Assembly (NCBI RefSeq): GCF_018350175.1
Contig: NC_058368.1
Span: 186,126,001 to 186,190,000 of the forward strand
Length of the DNA: 64,000 bases
Origin: Felis catus
Lineage: Eukaryota
Reading direction: 5' to 3'
Made by a program: the position numbers and the translations under genes. The notes under the pieces are model-generated. The model did not search any database and was not told the origin of the DNA. It worked only from the letters and a program-made list of their open reading frames with translations. Shown here one piece after another: positions 1 through 12,160 of this stretch; within the stretch, counting starts at the first letter, position 1, and every line of letters begins with the position of its first letter.

Positions 1-397
1 CCATCTACCCAAAGTATCTCCAAGTTTTCTACATATTTACCCTCTGAGTCTTTAAATCTGTAATCCTTTATGACCAAAGCATCTTTTCTCACCTTGAGAA
101 CCTCTTGCAATCACCCTGATACTTTATTTCAATCTTTTTCTCAGTCTATTATCCATAGAGAAGCAAGAATGGATCTTTTATAATGCAAACTATATTTTAT
201 CACCCTAACTTCAAAATTGTCAATGGCTTTCCACTGCTTCTTGTGTAAGATCTGACTCCATTTCCTTTTCCAGCACCATCCCATACCACATTAACACTCA
301 TGCAGTATTGTCCTGGAGCACTGGCCTCCTCTCTTTTCCTCAAAAGTTCCAAGATTTCCACCTTGCCCCCATCTTCCAACTTAACTCTGGTTGTTGT

Positions 398-592
398 TTT
401 TTTTCTTCAAGTTTATTTATTTATTGGGAAAAAGAGTGAGCAGGGGAGGAGCAGAGAGAGAAAGAATCCCAATCAGGCGCCATGCTGTTGGCACAGAGGC
501 TAAAGTGGGACTCAATCCCATGAACCATGAGATCACGACCTGAGCCGAAATCAGGAATCAAACACTTAACTGACTGAGCCACCCAACTGACC
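398..592 (-). mobile_element. Can-SINE (older)
   Basis: Reverse SINE: T-rich tail, (AG)n, gagatcacgacctgagccgaa, ctgagccaccca. Confidence 0.9.
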
Positions 593-974
593 TGCTTTTC
601 TTTCTACTTAAAACATGATTACATTCAAACTGATCTATTCCTACAATTCACAGTCATGTTCAAATCTACAAATGACTATCTCTTTTTAATCTTTTGGATC
701 TAAACTTGGATACGATCTCTTCAAAAATGCCTTTATTGTTTTTCCCTATCACAGCTCTATGAGCAGTTCCTTAAACAAATACATTAAACTAGCTGGCATT
801 TGGAGGCATCCCTGTACTCACCAGGCAGCGGGTATATAAGCATCTAACAGCCATACCCCCTACCCCCGTTTCCCAGAGCTCAGTGGCCAGTGGCCAACTT
901 AAAATTTCTCTCAAGTTTGGCTTTTTCCCAAGCCCCATTTCCATGGTCTCCTGGTTGCAGTCATTGGTCAACAA

Positions 975-1385
975 CCTTGGGAATTTCCTGAATGAAATCT
1001 AAAATTAACTTCAGAACAGAGGGCAGGGAGAGACCAGAGAAAGAGGTAGATCACTCTGAATGGGTAGGTGACAGATTTAATAAGCAAGGGAACTTACAAG
1101 TGAGATTTGTCCCAGGGAGCCACAAGGCAACTAAACCTCCACACTTCCTTGTCAGAATCTTGAAGTATATATAGAGGCCCTAATGAGGTTTAATTACATA
1201 TTCATTCCAGGTGATCTCAACATGCCTTACTCTTTCAAAGCTGCATCCTTGAAATGGCTTCAGCTGTGGGAATGGTGGATGTAAGTTCCCTCCAAGGACA
1301 CAGAGGAGACCAGGAGCCTCCAGTTGCCTGGGTGGAGCTCTGAGGTCAAATGAAAATCACAATCTCTGGATCGTTTCCTTCAACA
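975..1385 (-). mobile_element. Probable solo ERV LTR
   Basis: Minus strand starts TGTTGAAGG, has TATATATA (~1172-1165) and ATTAAA (~1081-1076) in LTR order; abuts an old L1 fragment; family not identified. Confidence 0.5.
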
Positions 1386-1960
1386 CAACACTCCTAGGCA
1401 TTTATACCAGGAAAATTAAAACTTGTATCTACTCAAAAACTTGTGTAAGATGGTCTTAGCAGTTTTGTATAGTAGTAAAAACCTGAAAGTAACAAAAATG
1501 CCTTCTATTGGTGAATATTTAAACAAATTGTGGTACACCCATTACTCGGAATATAACTCAACAAGACAAAAGAACAAATTATTTCATTGTGCTGTGTGAA
1601 AAAAAAAAAAGACAACCTCGAAAGGTCAAATACCCTATGATTTCATTTATATAATATTCCGCAAATTCCAAAATTATATAACCGTAGTTTGGGGATATGG
1701 AGTGGTAGGGGTGGGTTTAACTGTAGAAGCTTAGTAGCAGGGAGATCTTTGTGGGGCTGAAAAATTCCTGTGTCTTGATTGTGCTGGTGGTTACATAAAT
1801 CACAAATGACATACAGCTGTATACACACATTATAGTTATGTCAAACTCCTGGTTTTAATATTGTACTACCTATTAGGGAAAATGGGTGATAGGCACGCAG
1901 GACCTCGCTGTATTATCAATTTTCCATGCATCTATACTTATTTCAAAATAAAATTCAAAA
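1386..1960 (+). mobile_element. Ancient L1M (L1MC/MD-like) 3' fragment
   Basis: ctcctaggcatttatacc...aaacaaattgtggtac...tatgatttcatttatataa... ending tttcaaaataaaa. Confidence 0.75.
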
Positions 1961-4900
1961 GAGAATTAAGGTATAGGTGGTAGATGAAAAATGCTGGGAT
2001 ATTTACGGTGCAAATTGACAATATTTGGGGTACAGGGCATACTTTATAACTTGTGTAATCCCCATAATGAAGACATCCTGTAAGGTTTTCTGGAAAAAAC
2101 TTTCTCGCAAAAGCAACAAAGGATTGCTTTTTCCAAAATTGTGGATTGTGGTGGTATATTTGCATGGAGGAGTGGAAGTGTTGGGGTTTGGATACAGTTA
2201 TCTTCTCATGTGCATTTCATTTTAATTCATTCAAAAGGCCTATATTTTCCTCCCAGATGTTTTATTTTTCTATACATATCCATTCAACCACTAAAGTGAG
2301 TAATATTTAATTAAAGATGTTCAGTAGCACAACCTTGTTAAATTCAAAGTTAACATCACAAGACACTCTGTAAGTTATTGAGGACTATGTTATGGTTACT
2401 AGGTCAGCAAAAAATTGGGGTGAGAAAAAGATGATAGAAGAGGATAAATTATCAGACAAGAAAAAATGTAATTAAAGTCTAGTGTACCAGAAAGTAGTTT
2501 AATTAATACTAACTTATCTACAGTGTTTTTTAGCTTCAAGTAAATTTCCAGTGATATGGAGCAAATCTTTTAATACACTATTTTTTCAGTTCAGTAACTC
2601 TTCCATCTTCACTTAAATTTATTATACACTCACTTTTAACCAAACGTCCCCTAGACATTTGAAACTTGGGCTTCCCAATACCTGATATTCAATAATCACT
2701 CAATCTTTAAATGTATAGCCATTTACTCATTCAGGACATCATTAGTTACTCCAAACAAAATTTAATGTTCCTACAAAACATCAGGATCAAAATTGTAAAT
2801 AGAAAGACTGGCCTCAACCAATAAGGGGCTCATAGTCTAGTGGGGAAAGATGGAGAAAAGGCTATTGCAGTGCAATGTAATAAGAACTATGTGGAGAATT
2901 ACAGGGTACCACAGAAGTACATGGAAGGTCATTTGACAAAGGTTGGCAATAGTAGAGGAGTGGAAGTGATAACTGGACTGATATTGAAAGTAAGTAAAGT
3001 TTTCCATATGGAGAAATTAGAGAAAGTGGTTCAGGCTAAGAGAAGAGCATGTGTGTTTTTCCATAGGAAAAAACAATAAGCAAAAACAACAACAAAACAA
3101 CAACAAAAAAGCCTGCCCATCAACGGTTACCTTTTGGAGTGTTATAAAGAGAGGGATGACATCTGGTTCATTTGGAGTTTCTTGCATTTCTAATGCAAGT
3201 ACATTGTTCTAAACAAACAAGTACATGTAGATAGGAAGTCAAAGGGCAATTAACTAGGTTTCTTATTCCAGAAGTGCCCTGATCTGCTGTGTAGTAAAGC
3301 TCAGTATCTTTGATAGGCAATATTTCTTTTGGTAGAAAATATTTGATGTTGATTTTGTGATTCGGTTTTGTTTTATAGGAGCTTTTTGTTTCTAAGTTTT
3401 TAACACAGCATATAGCATATATTTTTTGAGTGTCTTCATGTGTTTGCTCATAAATTGAAAGAACACCAATGAAGTAAAGGGTGTATTTGTGGTACGCAAT
3501 GTAAAGAGCATAAGCTAAAATGACAGATAAAGACTTAAGACTGACCTATAAGATAATTAAGACACTTACCATTGTATACTTTAATTACAGCAAATGTCTG
3601 GCACAGACCAAAGGCAAAGAGGAAAACATTTCGACCATCTGAAGGGAAAGGAGGCATTTGTTTCTTATTTTTTCTTTCCATTTTAAAGATTATAATGGCA
3701 TGTATGCCCATTATGGGATTAGTAGAACTATGTGAGTTCTATGTTTCAGGGGCCTATAATTTATCTTCATATACACAAGAGCTGAACTCTTTGCTGAGGC
3801 TTGTACTTTTTCTTGTTCTGTAGGAACTTTGTTTTCCACTACTTGTTTTGTTCATTCCCTTTACTCCAAGCATCTATGATATGTCAGAAACATTACTCTT
3901 TCAAGAATGTCATTTATCGTTCTGACCAGTTTTGAGGACCTTTCTGTTGATTATTCTGCAGACTGTGTTCTGATCTTGTGTGATCTTGAATCTATTTCCT
4001 CACCCAGGTGTTTCTTTCTCTTTTAGGAAGGGCCTTCACCTATCTTCTATCATCACTGGGCCTGTCTCAGCGTGGGTTTTAGGGCAATCTGTGCCAAGCT
4101 TGGGAATTTGTCTTCCAACTTACATGGAAATTTACAGGAATAGTATCCTGTATGATTTAATTATACAGTAAGAATGGGTTTATGGGGTTTTTTTTGTTTG
4201 TTTTTATTGTAATCTCTTCTCATGGGTCTGTCTGTACCTGAAAAACAGATTTAATTTAATTAGCTGCCATTATCCTATGGACTTGAAAACCCACTTTTAG
4301 GAATTTTGAAACTTAACTTAGGGACCCTAAAAATTTGCTCCTGGCCAGCATGGGATATTAAAGGATGAGATCATTTCACTGGGAAAAAAAGCTGAAATCA
4401 GATACCTCTTAGTGTCAAAAATAAAAGCAATAGTAACAAGCTAATTTTTCCAATTTCATTTTGTGTTTCCTTATTTGATTATTAGAATGGGGAAAAAAAT
4501 GACATGGTAGGAGAAATCTGGGCAAAAAAAATCTTTCTAAACATTTTTGAATAATAAATAATGCCATTTGATGAAAGCTGGGTTTCTCCCTTTACTAGCT
4601 GTGTAACCTGGGCAAGTTATCAAACTTTCTGTTTTAGTTGTATCACAAGTTATTTAGAAATAAATTAGATAAGTTAGAGAAAATTCTTACAACAGTTCCA
4701 GTCGATGGTAAGAGTTCAAAATATAGTAGTTATTATTGTATACTATGAAAATCAGAAATCAATTATTAAATTATACTTGAGTAAGAATTTGAGTAAGTTG
4801 TTCCCCACTTAATTGGCTTCTCAGATTTCTACCATTTCTTTTGTCTGTGATTATTCTAACACCATCTCTAAGTGCTTCAGAAAAATGGACTCAGTTGTTG

Positions 4901-5896
4901 AGCCAATGTTCTTGAAGTAGCCTTTTACATGTATCAACAAAACCAAAGTTAGTGTGTAGACTCTAAGATTAGATTAGTAGGAAAAAACCCACAATGCTTT
5001 GCTTTTACATGGAGAGGGAAAGCACAGAAAATGCATGTGTTCTGGTTTTTAAAATTCACTGTTTTGTAGCACTGTTAAAATGACTACCTTCTGAGGCTTG
5101 CCAAGTTAAACCCAGCTGGGCCAAATAATGCCCAGCTGGAGCTCCTCCTAATGGAGGTAACTGGATGAAGGTCAAAGTGAGTAACTAGTAAAAACTCACC
5201 ACTCTTCCTATTTGCAGATAGTGGAATGGTTCAGCGCAAGATCAACATTTCTTCATAATATTAGAGAAAAATGTTCCAGTTCTAATTATGAGGAAAACTA
5301 TCCAGTTATTTCTCTGGATATAGAAACACAATTGCTTTTAACAGAAAGGGAATCAATTGAATGTCATCTTAAAGTAATCATAGTATTTTTCTCAGCTAAG
5401 TCATCTCATAGCAATTCATGCATAAAATATTTCTTTTCAAAGTTAAAAAAAATCTGTATTCAGGGTACATACATTTGATATATCTAAAAGACTGCCTTGT
5501 TAAATTTGATGTAGGGATCATAATAAAATTTCAGGATCTCCTGTCTTACTGCAAGTCAAATGCAGCATGCATGTTTCCACTTACTAACTCTGTAGAGGGG
5601 CAAACCCAGTCTTAATTTAAGTTGATGAACCATTTCGCTTCTAGATTAGCATCAGGGATGTTATTTATAATTAGTTAAATGGCATATCTAGTCTCCCATC
5701 TTTATAGGTAATGATTATTTATCCCATAATTCATTCAGATGCTTTTGTGTTTCTCCTTTTGAAAGAGAATGTCATCTTGACATAATTTCTAAGCAAATTT
5801 TTGGGGGGAAATAAAAAGTAGGGTTAACTACAATACTATGAAATATTCTTAAATGGCAGTTCCTGTCAAATGAGAGCAAAAAGACATAAAAAAAGA

Positions 5897-5998
5897 TGGG
5901 GCACCTGGATGGCTCAAAGTCTTGATTTCCACTCAGGGCATGATCTTGTGGTTTGTGAGATTGAGCCCTGTAGGATTCTCTCTCTGCCCCTCCCTCTC

Positions 5999-6036
<38 letters not shown>
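5897..6036 (+). mobile_element. Internally deleted Can-SINE with (TAAA)n tail
   Basis: ggggcacctggatggctca head, shortened body, CT tract, about 9 TAAA units. Confidence 0.8.
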
Positions 6037-6037
<1 letters not shown>

Positions 6038-7373
6038 CAATCATTTATGTTATACCTGATGGAAAAATAAGCATTTTAGTCAAATATTCTACTAACTGTT
6101 TAATTTTTTATGTACAGGAAAAAAAAGTGCAGAAATCAAAAGGACCACTATCATTTAGGAACAAGGACTTTATCTGGGAAATTCTATTGAACACTGGGGA
6201 AAGAATATGCTCACATTTAGCTACACTTCACCTTGAAAAGGACTTATCTGATTGGTTCTAATTCAGAACAAGGTTTTCTTCTTAAGTACAAAACACTTAC
6301 CCATACAAAAGTGGAGAGGCAATAATTCCTCTTTAACCAAGAATTGTATTGATAGTGGGTAATAATTCTTGATTCTGGATTTACGAAAGGCCAAAGTACT
6401 GATACTGAGTTTCTAAATATCTACTTGTTGATTTGAAAGAGAAATCTTCTCCAAGAACAAAATGTCAATGAATATATCTTACTATGCTCCCTTTTAGGAG
6501 AAGACAAATATTAATTAGAAACTAACTGGGTAGCAACCAAGAAATGTTCTGACTATTGTTGATTGAGTAAATATAAATGCTGAATATTAGATTTGGTAGT
6601 CATTTGAATTTTAGAATTATAAGATAACAGAAACAAACTTTCTTCAGGGCAGAGATCATTTCTTGTTATTCTGTGTATGGTTGGTTTCTAACATGTACCT
6701 GAACCACAATGTGATACATAATGTGACACAATATGACATACCTTATTCAGCAGATTTTTCCAAATGCCTGAATACAGTGGACACTCAAGAATTTTTTAAA
6801 TAAATTGCAAAATGTGCGAAGACAAGTTTATGATGTTACAGGTTGGCATAGAGAATAAATTATACTTGAAAATTTCGTTTTCATTATAAGTAATTCATCT
6901 CTTTATTTCCCACTAAACTTCATCCAATTTTTCTGTTGTATTTAATTTTTTAAAGAGCCTTAAAAGGAAGACTAAAATGTCAATTGTAGGCATCTTACTG
7001 TTGAAATCAACAAATGGTACATTCAGCTGACAGATCATACCATCCTGATTGGTCTTACTGGCTTCTTCTTGAAAGGAAAGCTGATTCTTGAAAAGGCTCA
7101 GCAACAGAACCAAAGAATATCTTTAATTTTCCCATTAGCTAAAACTGATGCCTGGAAGTCGTAAATCTAAACTTTCAATAACAAGAAAAACAAAACATTT
7201 AAAATGAATGATGAATTTAATGTTAAAACTATTAATGGGCCAATTGTGCCCTAGAAAGTTACATGATCAGTTTGCTCATTTAATCAGGTTAGGTGTGTTT
7301 TTATAAAACAAACAAAATATTTTCTTTGAACACACATCTGTGAAATTCTATTTGATCATGACAAATGTTTTTA

Positions 7374-7594
7374 AAAGGTTTTTTTTTCTACATTTATTTA
7401 TTTTTGAGAGACAGAGAGAGACAGAGCACAAATGGGGGAGGGGCAGACAGAGAAAGAGACACAGAATCCGAAGCTGGCTCCAGGCTCTGAGCTGACAGCA
7501 CAGAGCCCAATGCAGGGCTCAAATTCACAAACTATGAGATCATGACCTGAGCCAAAGTCAGACACTTAACCGACTGAGCCACCCAGGTGCTCCA
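7374..7594 (-). mobile_element. Can-SINE (felid type)
   Basis: Full body; TSD TGATCATGACAAATGTTTTTA at 7353-7373 and 7595-7615. Confidence 0.95.
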
Positions 7595-8891
7595 TGATCA
7601 TGACAAATGTTTTTAGAGCCTGCTTTTACTTACCAGGAGGCCATGCAAAACTTTCTAAATGATTCTTATAGGGCATTGTCAATTATGCTCACTTCTAAAG
7701 TATTTTAGAAATAATAGTTCTTTAATTCTTACCTACAACCTTGTGTGGCATATATTTTACAATTGATTTTTTTACAGATGAAGAAATTGATGCATAGGAA
7801 AGCAAGAAAAGTTTTCTAAAATAATACAGTTAATAAGCAGTTGTTAATAAATAGTAAAGATATGAACACTGGCAGTCTGGCTCCAGAATGTTCAGAGCTA
7901 TGCTCTTATTGTTGCAGAACATGAAGTTGAAGTAGAATACACATAAATTCTGGTCCCAGAAATCGTGGACCAATCTTTTAAATGAGTTCCTCAACTTCAA
8001 AATGGAGATACTATGCATTTCTTATGCATAATGTAGTATTTGAGAGCATAGATTCTGGAGCTAGACTGGATTTGAAGCCAAGTTCTGCTACTTATCAGTT
8101 GTATCACTTAACAAGTTATGTAGCATCTCTATACTTTGGTTTTCCCATTAATATTATGGAGAAAATAATACACATAAATAGATATTTTGAGGGTTAAATT
8201 AGTCTCCTTTCTCTCGCTTAGAAGAAAATCTGGTAAATATAAGTGCTTTACAGGTGCTGGTCAAATATAATAAATGTAAGAACAAAATTAATTTAAATAC
8301 ATGGCAGTAAAGCACCAAGTAGAAACTCAATAGAAAGTAGACACTGTTATCTTCACTAATCTAAATGTCTCTGTTATCACATCTCCTCAATCTTATCCTT
8401 GTCTTCTTGTGCTTTATGCTAAACTACTTTTAGTTACTTTGAAATTTCAATTTTGTTCTCAAAGCCTGGCCTCATTACTTGTTTCTGATATCTGAACAAC
8501 CTTCTCTCTGTGTCTTTTTCCTTACTGCTCTTTAATATCATCATAATCACAGTTATTATCATTGTCAATTACTTACCTTTTAACTTAACCCTCACTTTTT
8601 CTGGGAAGCCTTCTTTAGCTCATTTTAGATCAATATGGTAGCCCTCACTCCATGTTTTCTTTGCACCCTAAGCTGACCCTGTCATAACACTTACCACCAG
8701 TCTGTATTGTAGCTGATTACCTGTTTGCTGGCCTGTTGTTTCTCCTCAATTAAACGTATCTTACAAACTGTTCCATCCCTGAGGCACTTATCACAGTTTC
8801 TGACACATAACACTTTTTTCTGTATGTTTATTGAGTAAATGGAATGTTTCTTTTTTGGTCTACTGAGAACAAACTCTAGACCAATGGTTTT

Positions 8892-9078
8892 TATTATTAT
8901 TTTTTTAGATGTTTATTTCTTTTTGAGAGAGTGCAAGCAGAGGAGGGGCAGAGAGAGGATCCAAAGCAGGCTCAGCAATGACAGCAGTGAGCCCAATGTG
9001 GGGCTCGAACTCAAGAACAGAGAGATCATGACCTGAGCTGAAGTCAGATGCTCAACCAACTGAGCCACCCAGAAGTCC
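8892..9078 (-). mobile_element. Can-SINE (older)
   Basis: Reverse SINE body; degenerate TSD ctagaccaatggtttt / ctagatcagtggtctt. Confidence 0.9.
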
Positions 9079-9112
9079 CTAGATCAGTGGTCTTTAAAAG
9101 ATGGTGTATAGT

Positions 9113-9338
9113 GGGGCGCCTGGGTGGCGCAGTCGGTTAAAGCGTCCGACTTCAGCCAGGTCACGATCTCGCGGTCTGTGAGTTCGAGCCCCGCGTCGGG
9201 CTCTGGGCTGATGGCTCAAAGCCTGGAGCCTGTTTCCGATTCTGTGTCTCTGTCTCTCTCTGCCCCTCCCCCGTTCATGCTCTGTCTCTCTCTGTCCCAA
9301 AAATAAATAAAAAAACGTTGAAAAAAATTATAAAAAAA
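9113..9338 (+). mobile_element. Very young felid Can-SINE (SINEC_Fc-like)
   Basis: CpG-rich, intact A/B boxes; perfect TSD AAAAGATGGTGTATAG at 9096-9111 and 9339-9354. Confidence 0.97.
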
Positions 9339-10256
9339 AAAAGATGGTGTATAGAAATATTTTCTCAGCCAGTGAAATGTGGTCAATTTTCAGAAAGATA
9401 CGTGTAATTATTTTTTTTAATTTTTGAGATTATGCTCTTATTTTAATGATAAAAATTATTCCTTAAATGAAAACAACAAATGAATTAGTTTATTTGTATT
9501 CTCTTTACTTAGAAAATTAAAAAGCTAGCAACTATTACTACTGGAATTGCTATTTTTTAAAATTTAACTAAGCCATGAGATCCAAAATTCTGGTGGGAAG
9601 GAAATGAGGCATAGAAATAAGGACACAAGTAAATGATGCAGAAAAGTAAGAGTGAAGAGGTTCTAAAGAGGATAATGATATATAGTATCATTTTTTATAA
9701 TATTGTTTAGAATTAGTGATAATTTTATTGGGATAGCCATGCATGTTAAGCTATTTATTGTAATCTAAGTGAATATTCTATTTGTTGTACCTCTCCCAAA
9801 ATCGAAGTTTTACAGACTGAAAGTTAGAATGTTTCTGCATTTCAGTAGAGCATTTGACAGAGTTTTAAGAAATGTTATTGGACCAGGCACAAAAATATAT
9901 CATGGTTAATAATGGAGAGGGGTGGAATCACAACCTAAAAGTGATGATATATGTCAATGTCAAGTTGGAACGTTATGACATTTTCTTTGACTCTACCACA
10001 TTCAAAATTTTATTAATGACTTTGATAAGAACACTGATAGCTTGCCTAACTTGGAGGTGACAGATATTGTAAAGAAACAAAAAAGATCAATTACAGTATC
10101 AGATACAAAGAAGTCCTTGAGAGGTTAAAATAATTGTCCATTTGAAGAAGAAAAATATTAAGTGACAATAGAAATGTACGCTTGCTTCCCAAAAGGAAAT
10201 TCATAAGAATAAGTTAGTTACCAATTGAAATAAATGTAGAAAGATGCAGCAATTTT

Positions 10257-10464
10257 TTTAATGTTTATGTATTTTTGAGAGAGAGACAGGGACAGAGCAT
10301 GAGTGGGGGAGGGGCAGAGAAAGAGAGGGAGACACAGAATCCAAAGCAGGCTCCAGGCTCTGAGCTGTAGCACAGAGCCCAATGCAGGGCTCTAACTCAT
10401 GAGCTGTGAGATCATGACCTAAGCTGAAGTTGAACGCTTAACCAACTGAGCCACCCAAGTGCCC
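10257..10464 (-). mobile_element. Can-SINE (felid type)
   Basis: Full body; degenerate TSD agatgcagcaatttt / agatgttgcaatttt. Confidence 0.92.
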
Positions 10465-10743
10465 AGATGTTGCAATTTTAATTCAATACTACCCAGTAGT
10501 AAAAAGTACCTAAAAAATAGTTGTGATCTCCCTTGTAATAATAAATGAAAGGATAAGGTCAGCACGAGGGAAAAAACAATTCTTTGCTTTGGATAATGGA
10601 TATTGCATTCCAAGATGATTTGATAAAGGTAATATATCTGTAGATGAGCTACCAAATGTTGAAGAGAATTAACCTGTAAAAAGAGAAAATTAAGAATTTT
10701 TTATCTTCAAATATTTATTTTAATTTAACTTTTTCATTCTGGG

Positions 10744-10745
<2 letters not shown>

Positions 10746-10777
<32 letters not shown>
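10746..10777. repeat. (GT)16 microsatellite
   Basis: Perfect dinucleotide run. Confidence 0.95.
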
Positions 10778-10779
<2 letters not shown>

Positions 10780-11904
10780 TTATATTTTGTCTCAAGTGAG
10801 AGATTATAGAAAGGTATCTATCAAAAGAAAATGTTTTTCATTTATTTGTAAAAACATTTCAGATTATGTAACATCAAAATAAATGATTATAGAGACAGTC
10901 TATTGCAAACATAGGAAAGTAATAATGAAGTCATTTTCCTACAGTTGAAGGTCAGAAAAAAAATAGTATTTTATTTCATCCCAGGAGACTGTTGAGAAAT
11001 GCAATTACTGTCTGAACTTATTTAAATATTGTGAACTGTGAAACATACATCTATTTAATAAACTTGAATTTGATTTTTGCAGATAAATAATGTCATAGGT
11101 GAAGGGATGAGGCATATTTAGAGGACAATAAGTCACATTTGAATACATTTTATACATTTCTGCTTCTGAAATGCATTTTAGTCATAATAACTAAGGAGAG
11201 CAAACAACAGGGAGCTGAGAAAGTGGCTTTATAAAATATGTTTGCATTTGGTTAGCGTTGACCACAAATTCAGTCAGAGAATTAAATGGGAAGTGATGAG
11301 TCTAAACTCGTATGTCACTCCAGATGCTTTTTTTTAATCCCAAATTCTGCATTTCCATCTTGTTCCTATTTATTGTAATAGGTCAATGTGATGAAATAAG
11401 TATACCGGGAAATCTGAAATTACTGTAGAAGGGGAATAATCTTTAACTTGAATAGACTTTCTTTCTCTATTTTTTTCACTAATTTTCTTTTATTATGGTT
11501 GTCCCACTTCATTGGCTCAGCTACAGGTAATGTGTCACCATGATGAATGCCACCCACTTCTATCAGACAGTGCTGGCTAGTGAAATGAGGGCTCCATTAC
11601 AAGCTGTAGTTCATTTCTGATTTTAACACAGATTGGTTGAGTGACCTTCAGTAAATCGGGTCATGTCAGCATATTGGAGCTTTTTGGCTGCATCCTTGCT
11701 GCCTCATATATAATGAAGGTATTGCATATGGTAGCCTTTCAGTATGAATAATCAAAGTTATCACTAAAACATCAACAATATTTCACTATTGTATAACTAG
11801 CATTGCTAATTTCCTAACTTCATCTCAATTACTAGCTTCTTTATCAAGATTATAGGAATGCTTCTCTTTCTATATGTAATGTTATAGATATTCCTTTAAA
11901 TATT

Positions 11905-11981
11905 TTTTAAAATGTATTTTTCTTTATTGAGGTATAACTGACAAATAAAATCGTAGGATTGTAGAACACAATGTGATGATA

Positions 11982-12029
<48 letters not shown>

Positions 12030-12160
12030 TGTGAGGGGTTTCCCCCTACTAAGTTAATCAACAGTCCATTATCTCACATATTTATATTTTTCACTTTTTA
12101 GTGAAAACTTTTAGTTCTACTCTCTTAGCAAGTTTCAATTACACAGTATAGTGTTATATA
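11905..12160 (-). mobile_element. Old L1MA/MB-like 3' end containing a (CA)23 run at 11983-12028
   Basis: tttattgaggtataactgacaaataaaa...ctactctcttagcaagtttcaa, a typical reversed L1 3' UTR. Confidence 0.7.

Noticed and set aside
9113..9195. tRNA-like A/B box sequence
   Set aside because: It is the tRNA-derived SINE head followed by CT tract, A tail and TSD; not a tRNA gene
9094..9306. Recurrent MAQSVK...AQSLEP ORFs (also at 25446, 36497, 38397, 54491, 58514) resembling a peptide family
   Set aside because: Translations of Can-SINE sequence, not genes
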